NCBI GenBank assembly: GCA_026396285.1
Contig: JAPLXB010000027.1
Span: forward strand, 1-57,179
Length of the DNA: 57,179 nt
Source of the DNA: Candidatus Micrarchaeota archaeon
Lineage (GTDB): Archaea; Micrarchaeota; Micrarchaeia; Norongarragalinales; JAPLXB01
Direction: 5' to 3'
The position numbers and the translations under genes are program-made. Below are positions 35,122-43,771 of this stretch, one piece after another (position 1 is the stretch's first letter; every line of letters begins with the position of its first letter). The notes beneath the pieces were generated by a model. That model saw only the letters and a program-made list of their open reading frames with translations, searched no databases and had not been told where the DNA came from.

Positions 35122-35153
35122 AACAAGCAAAACCCCTATTCCTAGCGATATTC

Positions 35154-35621
35154 ATGGAGTCCCTCGCTGGAACCCGGGTGCTTTTGACCGAGCGGTACGC
35201 CAGGTTCGGGACGCGGCCGGGGTTGTACAAGTTTGTCTACCATGCGCCCGGCAACGCCGTGGTAATCGGTACTGCCGAAGACACCCACCAGGGTCTCTAC
35301 TCTGCTTTGAAAAAGAGCCTCGGCATTAAAGCCAAAAAGAGCGATTTTTCCCTCAAGGGCGTGTTCAACAGAAGGAACAACAGCGTGTGGCTGCGGTTGG
35401 ATTACAAGGAAGAGCACGCGCAGCACGTGACGAACCTCGCGCAGGTCCTTAAACGAGAGGGGATGGGGCACTTCGCCCTCCGTTCAATCCCCTCGGCTCT
35501 CACGAGGGAAGGGGTCGGCCACTTCACCATCCGGAAGCTATGGAAAAGCGTTCCCCTCGGCACAGTCAAGGAAATCGCGGAAGGCCGCAGTTCCCGGCCG
35601 GCCGGAATTAACAAAAAGTGA
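35154..35621 (+). CDS. hypothetical protein with internal REG(M/V)GHF repeat
   Basis: ORF in which KREGMGHFALRSIP and TREGVGHFTIRKLW repeat 16 aa apart. Confidence 0.45.
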   Translation: MESLAGTRVLLTERYARFGTRPGLYKFVYHAPGNAVVIGTAEDTHQGLYSALKKSLGIKAKKSDFSLKGVFNRRNNSVWLRLDYKEEHAQHVTNLAQVLKREGMGHFALRSIPSALTREGVGHFTIRKLWKSVPLGTVKEIAEGRSSRPAGINKK

Positions 35622-35625
35622 ATAA

Positions 35626-35880
35626 ATGGAACCATTTAAAATTTCAGTGAATCTTGACGAGCTAATAAAGCAGGTTAGGCTTTGGTCAGCAAACCGTGAC
35701 GTTGAGAACCGAAAAAGAAAGATAGAGCAACTACAAGAACTTGTATCAAAAGTTGACTCGTTAATAGATCTCGCTGAATTAATGGAACTTCCAATTGTTA
35801 TTGCTAGTTGGGAACGAAAAAAGAAATCCATTTTGGATGAAATGGCTACCGCCAAAGAAAATCTAAAACATAACTTGTAA
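35626..35880 (+). CDS. hypothetical coiled-coil protein (AT-richer gene)
   Basis: ORF, helical and E/K/L-rich. Visibly lower GC than the surroundings. Confidence 0.4.
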   Translation: MEPFKISVNLDELIKQVRLWSANRDVENRKRKIEQLQELVSKVDSLIDLAELMELPIVIASWERKKKSILDEMATAKENLKHNL

Positions 35881-36230
35881 GTTAACCAATTCCGTTTTTT
35901 TGAACCTCGCTTTTTGCCGCAAACGAGTTCGTCCACCGTTTCCACCAACGCGTTTGTTTCATTTTTTTGAAAAAACCGGGGTGGGTGTGACTAGGGGAGG
36001 CCCAAACGCCAGTAAACTATCTAAAAGAATAGGAAATGCGCAAAACCAGCAAAACAGTGGTTCAAAAAAATGAAAACAAGGTTTTGGCGGCTAGGCAAAA
36101 GGCGCCAAAGGCAGCGTCCAAGCGCGCAAAAAATGTGCGGAAAAACCGCCAAAACAACCAATCAGTTCATACTTAAAAGAAACAAGTTGTCTGCCGAAAA
36201 ACTATTAACAAACAAAGCACGAAGCATATA

Positions 36231-36662
36231 ATGGCAAGCTTGTTCAAGACCGCCGTGATGGGAACCGCGATGCTCGGAAAGGGAAGGCTGAGCGCAACCG
36301 CGAGGATGGCCGTGCCGTTCTTGTTCCTTGGCGGAAACAGGCGCAGGGCCGAGCTGCCCAAAGAAATGCGCGAGAACGTCGGGATTAAAGTGCTTGGAAT
36401 GGAGGGGCGCCTCGAAAAAGTACCGCTCATAAAGATCGGCCCTCCGGAAGCGAAAGTTGTGCCCGCAACGCCGGGAACGCAGTGGCTCGGGATTGCCGGG
36501 GCCAAGATATTGAGGAAGGAAGAGCGCGCGAAAGTCAGGCTTCCCGCAGGTTTTTCCGAAAAGGCGCGCGTGCTCGTCCAGCAGCAAAAAGTGTTCGGGC
36601 GGCCGGTTGGTTCCAATTCCCAGCTGATCAGTCTTGCTCTGAAACAATACCGGCGCCGCTAA
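36231..36662 (+). CDS. hypothetical protein
   Basis: ORF with no motif. Two antisense ORFs overlap it, so the strand choice is tentative. Confidence 0.3.
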   Translation: MASLFKTAVMGTAMLGKGRLSATARMAVPFLFLGGNRRRAELPKEMRENVGIKVLGMEGRLEKVPLIKIGPPEAKVVPATPGTQWLGIAGAKILRKEERAKVRLPAGFSEKARVLVQQQKVFGRPVGSNSQLISLALKQYRRR

Positions 36663-36722
36663 CGGCAGAAAAATTAGAAAACACTAAAAAGCCCACAAAA
36701 AATCGGTTCAACCAGGTATGAA

Positions 36723-36995
36723 CTAATGCACTTCCCGGCGCATGAAATACGGCACAAGTTCATGCCCGTCAGCCGGCTCGCTGCGCTTCGAGCGCTTTGC
36801 CGTCTTCGTTTTCTTCCGCTTCGCTTTTTTCGCAACCGCGGCCACCGAGGCAGTGCCGCCGTCCAAGAGGCAGCTGATGGCGTCGCAAAGCGTCGTTTTT
36901 TTGCCTTTCACGGCCTGAATCCTACCAGCAACCCGGTGGAGCCGCTCGTGCGTTTTTTCATCGACGCGTATCAACTTCGCCAATCCATCACGCAT
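36723..36995 (-). CDS. ribbon-helix-helix-like small DNA-binding protein with basic tail
   Basis: LIRVDEKTHERLHRVAGRI..KGKKTTLCDAISCLL is a beta-strand plus two-helix pattern, followed by KKAKRKKTKTAKRSKR. Confidence 0.45.
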   Translation of the reverse strand: MRDGLAKLIRVDEKTHERLHRVAGRIQAVKGKKTTLCDAISCLLDGGTASVAAVAKKAKRKKTKTAKRSKRSEPADGHELVPYFMRREVH

Positions 36996-37003
36996 TTACA
37001 AAA

Positions 37004-37025
37004 TAAACTTTGTTTATAAAGTTTA
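37004..37025. promoter_or_regulatory. 8-bp inverted repeat overlapping a TATA-like element upstream of the RHH gene
   Basis: TAAACTTT-gtttat-AAAGTTTA begins 9 nt upstream of the start codon at 36995. Contains TTTATAAA. Confidence 0.4.
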
Positions 37026-37467
37026 CTATGTATACAAAACACCGGTTGTACGGCGCGCCCTTTTGCGTGGGTTTTTTAATTTACGCTGCAATTTTTTTGT
37101 GCCTGTTGCCTAAAACTGCCCGCACCGACCCGGTTTTTTTGGCGTGGCTTGCTGGCTGGTTTTTCCAGGCAAAAAACGGCCTACTATCGAGCTGGTTTCG
37201 CGTGAATTGCAGGGAACGCGGCTGGTTTTTTCCAAAACCTGCCCATTCCAAGATCGTGATTCGGGGTTGCGGCATTTTTTGCCGGGGTTAAGGCCAGGTT
37301 TGCCCACGTGGTGGCCGTGAGTCGCCAGCTAAGCGAACGGGGTTTTGCAGACTGGCGGGTTAAAAACAGGTTTTTTTCAAGGTTTTGGAATGGCTTCGGA
37401 TGAAAAAAGTGTTCTACGTGCTTTGTTTGGGGAAAAACCTGCCCATGTTTCTAAACGTGTTTGAAAA

Positions 37468-40248
37468 ATGTCAAAAGGTGGCTGTTTGCTGAGGCGTGAA
37501 GTCATTGAATTGGCCCGGAAAAAGGGGTTCGGGGAGTGGACTGAAATCCAGGAGTCCGCAATTCCGCGCGTTGATGCCGGCGAAGACGTGCTAGTCATTG
37601 CCCCGACTGGCTGGGGAAAGACCGAGGTCGCAATCCTGCCCATTCTTTCAAAACTCATTGACTTGCGGGAGCGCGGGGAGAAAAACGGCATCCAGGCGCT
37701 CTACATCACCCCGCTGCGCGCGCTGAACCGCGACATGCTCGGCCGCCTGGCTTATTGGTGTAGCGAACTGGGCATAAGTCTTTCAGTCAGGCACGGGGAC
37801 ACGACGTCTTACGAGCGCGCGAAACAGCGGGACAACCCGCCGCAGCTGCTCATAACAACTCCGGAAACCCTTTGCGCGCTGCTGATTGCGCCTAAGTTGA
37901 GGGACTCGCTTTCAAACGTCAGGTTCGTGGTCGTGGACGAGGTGCACGAGCTTGTTGACAGCAAGCGCGGCATCCAGTTGAGCATTTCGCTTGAGAGGTT
38001 GCGCGAGCGCGCCGGCGCACTGCAGGTCGTGGGACTGAGCGCAACCGTCGGCAGCGAAAACGACGTCGCCGCATTCCTTTCCCCTTCTGCGAAGGTCGTG
38101 AAGCTCGAGTCCGCGAGGGAGTTTTCCGTGAACGTGGAGTTTCCGTTGGAGAAGTCCGGCGGCGCGGAGATTTTTGGCGAAAGGACGAATGCAAAAATTC
38201 CCCTCATAGCAGGCCTCATTGATTCCCATAAGAAGACACTCTTGTTCGTGAACACGCGCTCGTTCGCGGAGGCGCTCGGTTCGCTGCTTATGAAACTGCC
38301 CGCATTAAAGGAAAAAGTCGCGGTCCACCACTCGTCGCTTTCAAAGGAGTCGCGCGTGGAAGTGGAAGAGAAGTTCAAGAAAGGTGAGCTCAAAGCCGTC
38401 GTGTGCACGTCTTCGCTGGAGCTGGGGATTGACGTGGGCGACATCGACCTGGTGATTCAATTCGTTTCCCCACGGCAGGTCGCGCGCTTCATGCAACGCG
38501 TCGGCAGGAGCGGCCACCGGAAGCATTTGACTCCCAAGGGCGAAATGATTGCAGTGGACGCGCTTGACGCACTCGAGTGCGCAGTCATCGCCCGCAGGGC
38601 GAAGAAGCACCTGCTTGAAGCAACCGAAATCCAAAAGAATTCCCTCGATGTCCTCGCCCACGGCATCGCCGGACTTGCGCTTGACTTCGGGAGCGTGAGT
38701 GTGAAGAAGGCTTTTGAAGTCGTTAAGCGGGCGTTTCCCTACAGCAGCCTCGAAGAAGAGGGGTTCATGCGCGTCGTGAACCAGTTGGCTGGCCAGCGCA
38801 CACTGTTTTTCCGCGACGGGATAATTTCCAAGGGAATGAAGACCAAGCTCTACTATTACGACAATTTGAGCACGATTCCTGACGAGAAGCGGTTCTTCGT
38901 CACAGACGCGGCGACGAGAAAATCCGTGGGAGTACTCCACGAAGGCTTCGTTTCCGAACTCGTTCCCGGCGGCTTGTTCATTGCGCGCGGGCGGCCGTGG
39001 CGCGTCCTCGACATCAGCGAAGAACGCATAATCGTCGAGCGCAGCGACGAAATCAGCGCGGCAATTCCCGAATGGGAGGGCGAGGAGATTCCCGTGCCCC
39101 GTAACATTGCCGAAGAAGTCGGCGAACTGCTAATGCTCCTGCCAATGACTTCGAACGCGGAGCTGAAGCGCGTCTACTCGCTTTCCGACTCGGCAGCGAA
39201 CCGGGTACGGACTTTTGCGTTCAAGCAGAAGGAGTTCTTCGTCCCCGGCGCCTCAACGCTTGTGATTGAATCGCTAGGCAACGCGCTTGTCGTGCATTCC
39301 TTTGCCGGCACGAAAACCAACGAGGCGCTTTCCAGGATAATTTCAGCTCTTCTGGCCTCGGCGCTGGGTTCGGCGGTGCGCACAAGGGTTTCGCCCTATT
39401 GCCTGCTGTTCGAATTTTCAAGGCCCTATCCTTCTGAAAAGTTCACGAGGCTTTTGAAAGAGATCGCGCCCGCGAAGGCAAAAGAAATCCTCCTGGGTTC
39501 GCTGCCCCGGGCGTCGCTTTACCGGTTCAGGTTCGTGCACGTCGCAAAACGCTTCGGGTTCATCCGCAAGGACGCCGACTACAAGGACGTGAGCATAAAG
39601 CGCATCGTTGAAGAGCAGCGCGGGTCGCCTGTTTTTGACGAGGCGATGGCAGAATTGTTCCAAGACAAGATAGACTTGGAAGGGGCCGCGGCACTGCTGG
39701 AAGGCATCCGTTCCGGGAAAGTCCATATCCAGGTTTTTGACGCGGACAAGCGCGGCGTATCCCCGCTTGCAAGGGATTTCCTGGAGTTCAGGGGCTATTC
39801 CGAGTTGTTCGCCCCGCCCGAACCGACCTCGCAAATAATCCGGGCATTCAAGGAAAACCTGTACGTAAAAACCGTTTCCCTGTTGTGCACGCACTGTGCG
39901 AAAACTTTTTCCAAAAAAATCAGCGAACTAGAGGAAACAGTCAACTGTCCATACTGCGGCTCGGGCCAGGTTGCTTTCGCCAAACACCGACAGGCAATCG
40001 AGCGCAAAAAGGAAGGGAAGAAACTGGCGAAGGACGAGCAGAAGGGGTACAGGGACGCGCTCAGGGAGGCTTCAATCATTTCCTCCTATGGAAAACGCGG
40101 CGTCGCCGCCCTTGAAACCTATGGAGTGGGGCCCGAAACCGCGTCCAGGATACTGAAGCGCGTGCACAAGACCGACGAGGACTTTTTCAAGGAACTCCTA
40201 GAGGCGCAGAAGACGTTCGTGAGGACGAAAAGGTACTGGCGCGCGTGA
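37468..40248 (+). CDS. lhr: Lhr-type large DEAD/DEAH-box helicase
   Basis: Motif I APTGWGKT, motif II VVVDEVHE, SAT, HHSSLS, QRVGRSGHR, a long Lhr-type C-terminal region, and zinc ribbon CTHCAK...CPYCGSG. Confidence 0.88.
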   Translation: MSKGGCLLRREVIELARKKGFGEWTEIQESAIPRVDAGEDVLVIAPTGWGKTEVAILPILSKLIDLRERGEKNGIQALYITPLRALNRDMLGRLAYWCSELGISLSVRHGDTTSYERAKQRDNPPQLLITTPETLCALLIAPKLRDSLSNVRFVVVDEVHELVDSKRGIQLSISLERLRERAGALQVVGLSATVGSENDVAAFLSPSAKVVKLESAREFSVNVEFPLEKSGGAEIFGERTNAKIPLIAGLIDSHKKTLLFVNTRSFAEALGSLLMKLPALKEKVAVHHSSLSKESRVEVEEKFKKGELKAVVCTSSLELGIDVGDIDLVIQFVSPRQVARFMQRVGRSGHRKHLTPKGEMIAVDALDALECAVIARRAKKHLLEATEIQKNSLDVLAHGIAGLALDFGSVSVKKAFEVVKRAFPYSSLEEEGFMRVVNQLAGQRTLFFRDGIISKGMKTKLYYYDNLSTIPDEKRFFVTDAATRKSVGVLHEGFVSELVPGGLFIARGRPWRVLDISEERIIVERSDEISAAIPEWEGEEIPVPRNIAEEVGELLMLLPMTSNAELKRVYSLSDSAANRVRTFAFKQKEFFVPGASTLVIESLGNALVVHSFAGTKTNEALSRIISALLASALGSAVRTRVSPYCLLFEFSRPYPSEKFTRLLKEIAPAKAKEILLGSLPRASLYRFRFVHVAKRFGFIRKDADYKDVSIKRIVEEQRGSPVFDEAMAELFQDKIDLEGAAALLEGIRSGKVHIQVFDADKRGVSPLARDFLEFRGYSELFAPPEPTSQIIRAFKENLYVKTVSLLCTHCAKTFSKKISELEETVNCPYCGSGQVAFAKHRQAIERKKEGKKLAKDEQKGYRDALREASIISSYGKRGVAALETYGVGPETASRILKRVHKTDEDFFKELLEAQKTFVRTKRYWRA

Positions 40249-40373
40249 ACGCGCCGCACGCAAGCGGACGCGCGGGTCGCGGGCGAAGTTTTTTTAAGCA
40301 ATGCCTGTTGTTTTTGTTTTGTTCCGCGCTTTTGCGGGGGGCGCAGCTTGTCTTTTTCAGGAGTTGTTTGACA

Positions 40374-40988
40374 ATGCCGATTATTGACGCTAACTACCTG
40401 GCTTACTTGGCTGACGCGAAGAAAATCGGGTCCCACCGCAGTGACGCGGAAAAGGAAATGCTTCGGCAGGACCTCAAGGCCTCGCTGCTTGCAACTCTTG
40501 CAACTGACTTGGAATTGGAGAACAGGCGCGGGGGCAGGGACGTTAAGGAACTCGTTCTCCGCGGAAGGGCGTTCTTCAACCAGGGCGAGTACTTGAAGAA
40601 TTTTTCAGAAGAGGAGATCCGCGCCGGCGCGCATTTGGAACTCCTGAAGGAACTTGGCCAGCGCGTGCGCCAGATAAAGGAAGAAACGGATTCCTTTGCC
40701 AAGACCAACGCATTCCTCTACCAGCAGCTGGCGGAAGTAATCCTGCCGATTATTTCAACGCCCGGCGCAGACGCCCAGATTCTGGTAACCCGCCTTTCAA
40801 GGACTGACCTTCTTTTGAAGCCGCCGGAACAAGCAGCGTCAGAAGCGATTGCGCAAGCCGCCCAGCAGGAAGGAACAGGCGCACAGCAAGGCGCTCAGGA
40901 GGCGCACGCGCTTCCGGAGCCGCCGAAAAAAGAGAAGAAAAGTTTTTTCTCGCGCCTAGGCGGGCTTTTTGGAAAACGCGGACAATAA
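40374..40988 (+). CDS. hypothetical helical protein with basic amphipathic C-terminal tail
   Basis: ORF with ATG at 40374. The tail is KKEKKSFFSRLGGLFGKRGQ. Confidence 0.45.
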   Translation: MPIIDANYLAYLADAKKIGSHRSDAEKEMLRQDLKASLLATLATDLELENRRGGRDVKELVLRGRAFFNQGEYLKNFSEEEIRAGAHLELLKELGQRVRQIKEETDSFAKTNAFLYQQLAEVILPIISTPGADAQILVTRLSRTDLLLKPPEQAASEAIAQAAQQEGTGAQQGAQEAHALPEPPKKEKKSFFSRLGGLFGKRGQ

Positions 40989-41155
40989 GCCGCGGATTTT
41001 GTTGAACAGTCCGCGCTTAACCGGCTGCGTCCTCGGCTGCCCTTGGGGATGCTTTTGCTGCCGCGGAAACGATTCCACGACCAGCCACTCGGGCGGCCCG
41101 GGCGGCGCCCTCTCCTCAACCTCCAATTCCCTGACCCTGACAACAACAGGCTTTT

Positions 41156-41641
41156 TCACTGAACCACCCGCGGCCGGTTGTGCTTTTCGACAGGCGTCAG
41201 CCCAAATTCTTCCGGGTGCTTGACGAGGTATTCCGCCGCCTCCTTGTTCAAGGGACTTGCAGGATTCGGGTTGTCCAACAGCTGTTTCAGCGCGTCCACC
41301 ACGCTCCTAACAGTCTGCGTTTCCGCCCAGTCGTTCACCAGAAGGATACAGACTTTTCCATCGCTTTCCCTGATGTTCGGGTGGAAAATGGGCGTCAGCC
41401 ACACGACGTCTATGCCGCCAGGGTAAGGATATTCGCGCGTAAGCCGCACGCGCACCTCGTGCGCCGAGCGTTTCTTGATTATGCCGTGTTCGCGGCAAAG
41501 CGCTCCGCCCTCGAGGAAAACCCGGTACTCCGTGTGCTCCTGGTTAGCTTGGAACCTTGCCCCGCTGGCGCGCATTTCCTCAAACTCGCTCTCGAGCCTG
41601 CGCCTCCAAATTGATTCAGGCAACTGCGGCATGGAATCCAC
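41156..41641 (-). CDS. ubiquitin-conjugating enzyme E2 (UBC fold) homologue
   Basis: N-terminal helix WRRRLESEFEEM, then YPYPGGIDVVWLTPIFHPNIRESDGKVCILLVNDW....VRSVVDALKQLLDNPNPASPLN. This gives the HPN triad, a catalytic Cys 8 residues later, Trp, and the PNP.SPLN tail. Confidence 0.9.
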   Translation of the reverse strand: MDSMPQLPESIWRRRLESEFEEMRASGARFQANQEHTEYRVFLEGGALCREHGIIKKRSAHEVRVRLTREYPYPGGIDVVWLTPIFHPNIRESDGKVCILLVNDWAETQTVRSVVDALKQLLDNPNPASPLNKEAAEYLVKHPEEFGLTPVEKHNRPRVVQ

Positions 41642-41663
41642 TTTGATTACGCCGGGAAACGGG

Positions 41664-41906
41664 TTACCCGCCAGTGGGGTCCGGCATGAGCAGGAGCGAA
41701 TCCCCTTCCTTCAAGCCAACGTCCGCAATAGTGGCGTCGGGGTCGAGAATCTGATTTTCCTTCGTCGCCAGCACGAACCTGTCCTTGAGCTTCAGATTTT
41801 CCGCAAGAACTTCAAGCAGGGAACTGACCGTGAATTCCGGCTCAACAGCGAGCGTGATTTCCTTTCCAGTAGTCGTATGGGTCACTGAAATGTTGAATTC
41901 GACCAT
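41664..41906 (-). CDS. ubiquitin homologue (beta-grasp, 80 aa) ending in Gly-Gly-stop
   Basis: The translation is MVEFNISVTHTTTGKEITLAVEPEFTVSSLLEVLAENLKLKDRFVLATKENQILDPDATIADVGLKEGDSLLLMPDPTGG*. GK.ITL.VEP..T and the C-terminal ..L.L....GG align with eukaryotic ubiquitin. The upstream part of the 134-aa track ORF has non-coding-like composition. Confidence 0.88.
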   Translation of the reverse strand: MVEFNISVTHTTTGKEITLAVEPEFTVSSLLEVLAENLKLKDRFVLATKENQILDPDATIADVGLKEGDSLLLMPDPTGG

Positions 41907-41978
41907 AGCACCATCTTTTTTATGCCAAGCAAACTTATTCTTAAAACAATTAAATAAGGTTGCGGAGGCCGGGTTCCA

Positions 41979-42296
41979 GTGGACAAACCGAGGATAGTCG
42001 CCATCAAGGAAAAAACCCTGGTTGAGGCAAAGGAAGGAACAGGGGAAACGCCCGCGACCGGCGCCCAAGAGACAGAAATGACAGAACCCGTTCCCCGAAA
42101 AGAGGTTGCACGCGGCCCGCCGTGGGTAGTGAGGGAAGCGATAGAAGCGCGGAAAAAAGCGTTGCCCGAGGCGGCTGAGAAAATAATCGAGGAACAGGCG
42201 AAGGACATTATCCCGACTGTCCCCGAACTAGGAGAGCCGGTGATGGTGAAGAAAAAGGGCTTGGCGGGACGGCTCTTAGGATGGGTTTTCAAGTGA
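41979..42296 (+). CDS. hypothetical E/K-rich protein inside the ubiquitin module
   Basis: ORF fills the 405-nt gap between the Ub and JAMM genes. GTG start (uncertain). The C-terminus is KKKGLAGRLLGWVFK. The antisense ORF 41882-42292 looks non-coding. Confidence 0.4.
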   Translation: MDKPRIVAIKEKTLVEAKEGTGETPATGAQETEMTEPVPRKEVARGPPWVVREAIEARKKALPEAAEKIIEEQAKDIIPTVPELGEPVMVKKKGLAGRLLGWVFK

Positions 42297-42311
42297 TGCG
42301 GCGGGAGTGGT

Positions 42312-42806
42312 TTGTTGTTCGAAGCCTATGTTGAAAAAAGCGTCGTCGAAGCAGCGGAAGGATTTTTTTCAACCATGGCCGCGCGCGGGCTGGAGGCAAT
42401 GGGCCTCCTCGCAGGCAGGGTTTTTACCTGGCGCGGCAAGCGCTACGCCGTTGCAGAGGATTTCGTGACCGCAAAAAACAAGGCTTCCGCGGTGTCAGTG
42501 AGGTTTTCCGAGGACGGGTTCGGTGAACTCGTTGAAAAACTGGAGAAAACCGCGCGCAAAAGGAAAAAAATATTCGTCGGCTGGGCGCACAGCCACCCCG
42601 GATACGGGTGCTTCCTTTCAGGAACGGACGTTGACACGCAACGCAAGTATTTTCCGGAGCCGTTTCATGTGGCAATGGTGATTGACCCGTTGAAGCGCGA
42701 CGGCGAAGGGTTTATGAAGAGATTATACAAACTTGATGAACGCGGATACAGGGAGGCGTCGTTCGCAGTGATTGAGCGGGCGCGCGGAAGTGGCTTCCAT
42801 GGCTGA
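42312..42806 (+). CDS. Rpn11/CSN5-like JAMM (MPN+) isopeptidase
   Basis: LEAMGLLAGRV supplies the catalytic Glu. VGWAHSHPGYGCFLSGTDVDTQ closely parallels the eukaryotic Rpn11/CSN5 motif GWYHSHPG.GCWLS..D..TQ. TTG start. Confidence 0.88.
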   Translation: MLFEAYVEKSVVEAAEGFFSTMAARGLEAMGLLAGRVFTWRGKRYAVAEDFVTAKNKASAVSVRFSEDGFGELVEKLEKTARKRKKIFVGWAHSHPGYGCFLSGTDVDTQRKYFPEPFHVAMVIDPLKRDGEGFMKRLYKLDERGYREASFAVIERARGSGFHG

Positions 42807-43728
42807 AAAATTCAAGTTCACGGTATTCGACAAGCACGTGCTGGAAAAAGTCAGCGCCGGCGAAAACGACCTGAAAAACATTTGCGCCGCGCTCAATGTG
42901 GACTGGAAGGACTTCCAGGCACGCACCCGCATCCTCGTTAAAAAAAGCCTCCTTATGCTGGACGAGAGCGATTCAAACCTCGCCCGCCTGGGCGTGGAAG
43001 GATACAACGCGCTCCATCCCGCGGAAAAGCCGAAGCGGACCGCGGCAAAACGCAAGCCCAAGGCCGGGAAAACCGTTGAGAAAATCCCGGACGCGCAGGG
43101 ACTGGAACAACCGCTTTCCAGCCAGGCACAGGAGTCGAAGCCAACCGAACCGCAGACCCAGCACAAACTCGCGGAACCAGAAGCCCGCGGGCAGGAGCCG
43201 CACGACCCGGACAACCCGCACAACGACTACATCGACATTCCATACAACCCGCTGATACACGGCCCCAACGGCTCCGTGCCGGAGAAGAAAAAGGAAACGG
43301 TTCCCGCGGCCGTCGAGAAGCCAAAGCCGCCTGCTGCTGCAACGAAACCGGACCAGATTGACCTGATTGAAATTTTTGAAAAATACGGGGTAAAGAAAAA
43401 ACAGGCGATAAAGGAAAAACTCGGGGAACTGAGCAAGGCCATTGACGACAAGCCCCTGTCAACCACGCTCGCGACAATAGCGCGCGAAGGCAAATACGAG
43501 AGCGAGGAAAAATGCGACTTGTGCAAGGCGCCCTTCAGGCTTTCTCTAAGGAAGGACAACCACCCAAAATACGGCCACTGCTTCTGCGGCGCCGCCTACC
43601 ACAAGGACTGCTACGAAAGCCTTTTGGACCGGAACGGCAAGTGCCTGAGGTGCGGGAAAAAACTGGTGCTAATGCTTGACAAGCAGAGCGAAGACGCGGT
43701 CAAGGCCGTGAAAAAACTCTTCGAATGA
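42799..43728 (+). CDS. winged-helix + long disordered linker + C4HC3 RING-type zinc-finger protein (candidate E3)
   Basis: The C-terminus is CDLC-x18-CFC-x4-H-x2-C-x10-CLRC, with eight ligands in cross-brace spacing. The N-terminus FDKHVLEKVSAGENDLKNICAALNVDWKDFQARTRILVKKSLLMLDE is wH-like. The ATG overlaps the JAMM stop by 8 nt. Confidence 0.8.
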   Translation: MAEKFKFTVFDKHVLEKVSAGENDLKNICAALNVDWKDFQARTRILVKKSLLMLDESDSNLARLGVEGYNALHPAEKPKRTAAKRKPKAGKTVEKIPDAQGLEQPLSSQAQESKPTEPQTQHKLAEPEARGQEPHDPDNPHNDYIDIPYNPLIHGPNGSVPEKKKETVPAAVEKPKPPAAATKPDQIDLIEIFEKYGVKKKQAIKEKLGELSKAIDDKPLSTTLATIAREGKYESEEKCDLCKAPFRLSLRKDNHPKYGHCFCGAAYHKDCYESLLDRNGKCLRCGKKLVLMLDKQSEDAVKAVKKLFE

Positions 43729-43771
43729 CTCCGGCCGCGCTTGCCGCCCCAACCAACGCCAACCTAGCGGT

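Noticed and set aside
36036-36179. 47-aa highly basic ORF (MRKTSKTVVQKNENKVLAARQKAPKAASKRAKNVRKNRQNNQSVHT) in the 35881-36230 gap
   Set aside because: No RBS or promoter is evident. The low-complexity A-rich DNA readily yields Lys/Asn codons, so the support is insufficient.
41974-41983. ORB-like core TTCCAGTGGA between the Ub gene and the orphan ORF (a similar TTTCCAGTGG occurs at about 31586)
   Set aside because: These are single 9-10-mers expected by chance at roughly this frequency in 57 kb on both strands. There are no repeated copies and no G-string extension, and one copy lies inside coding sequence.
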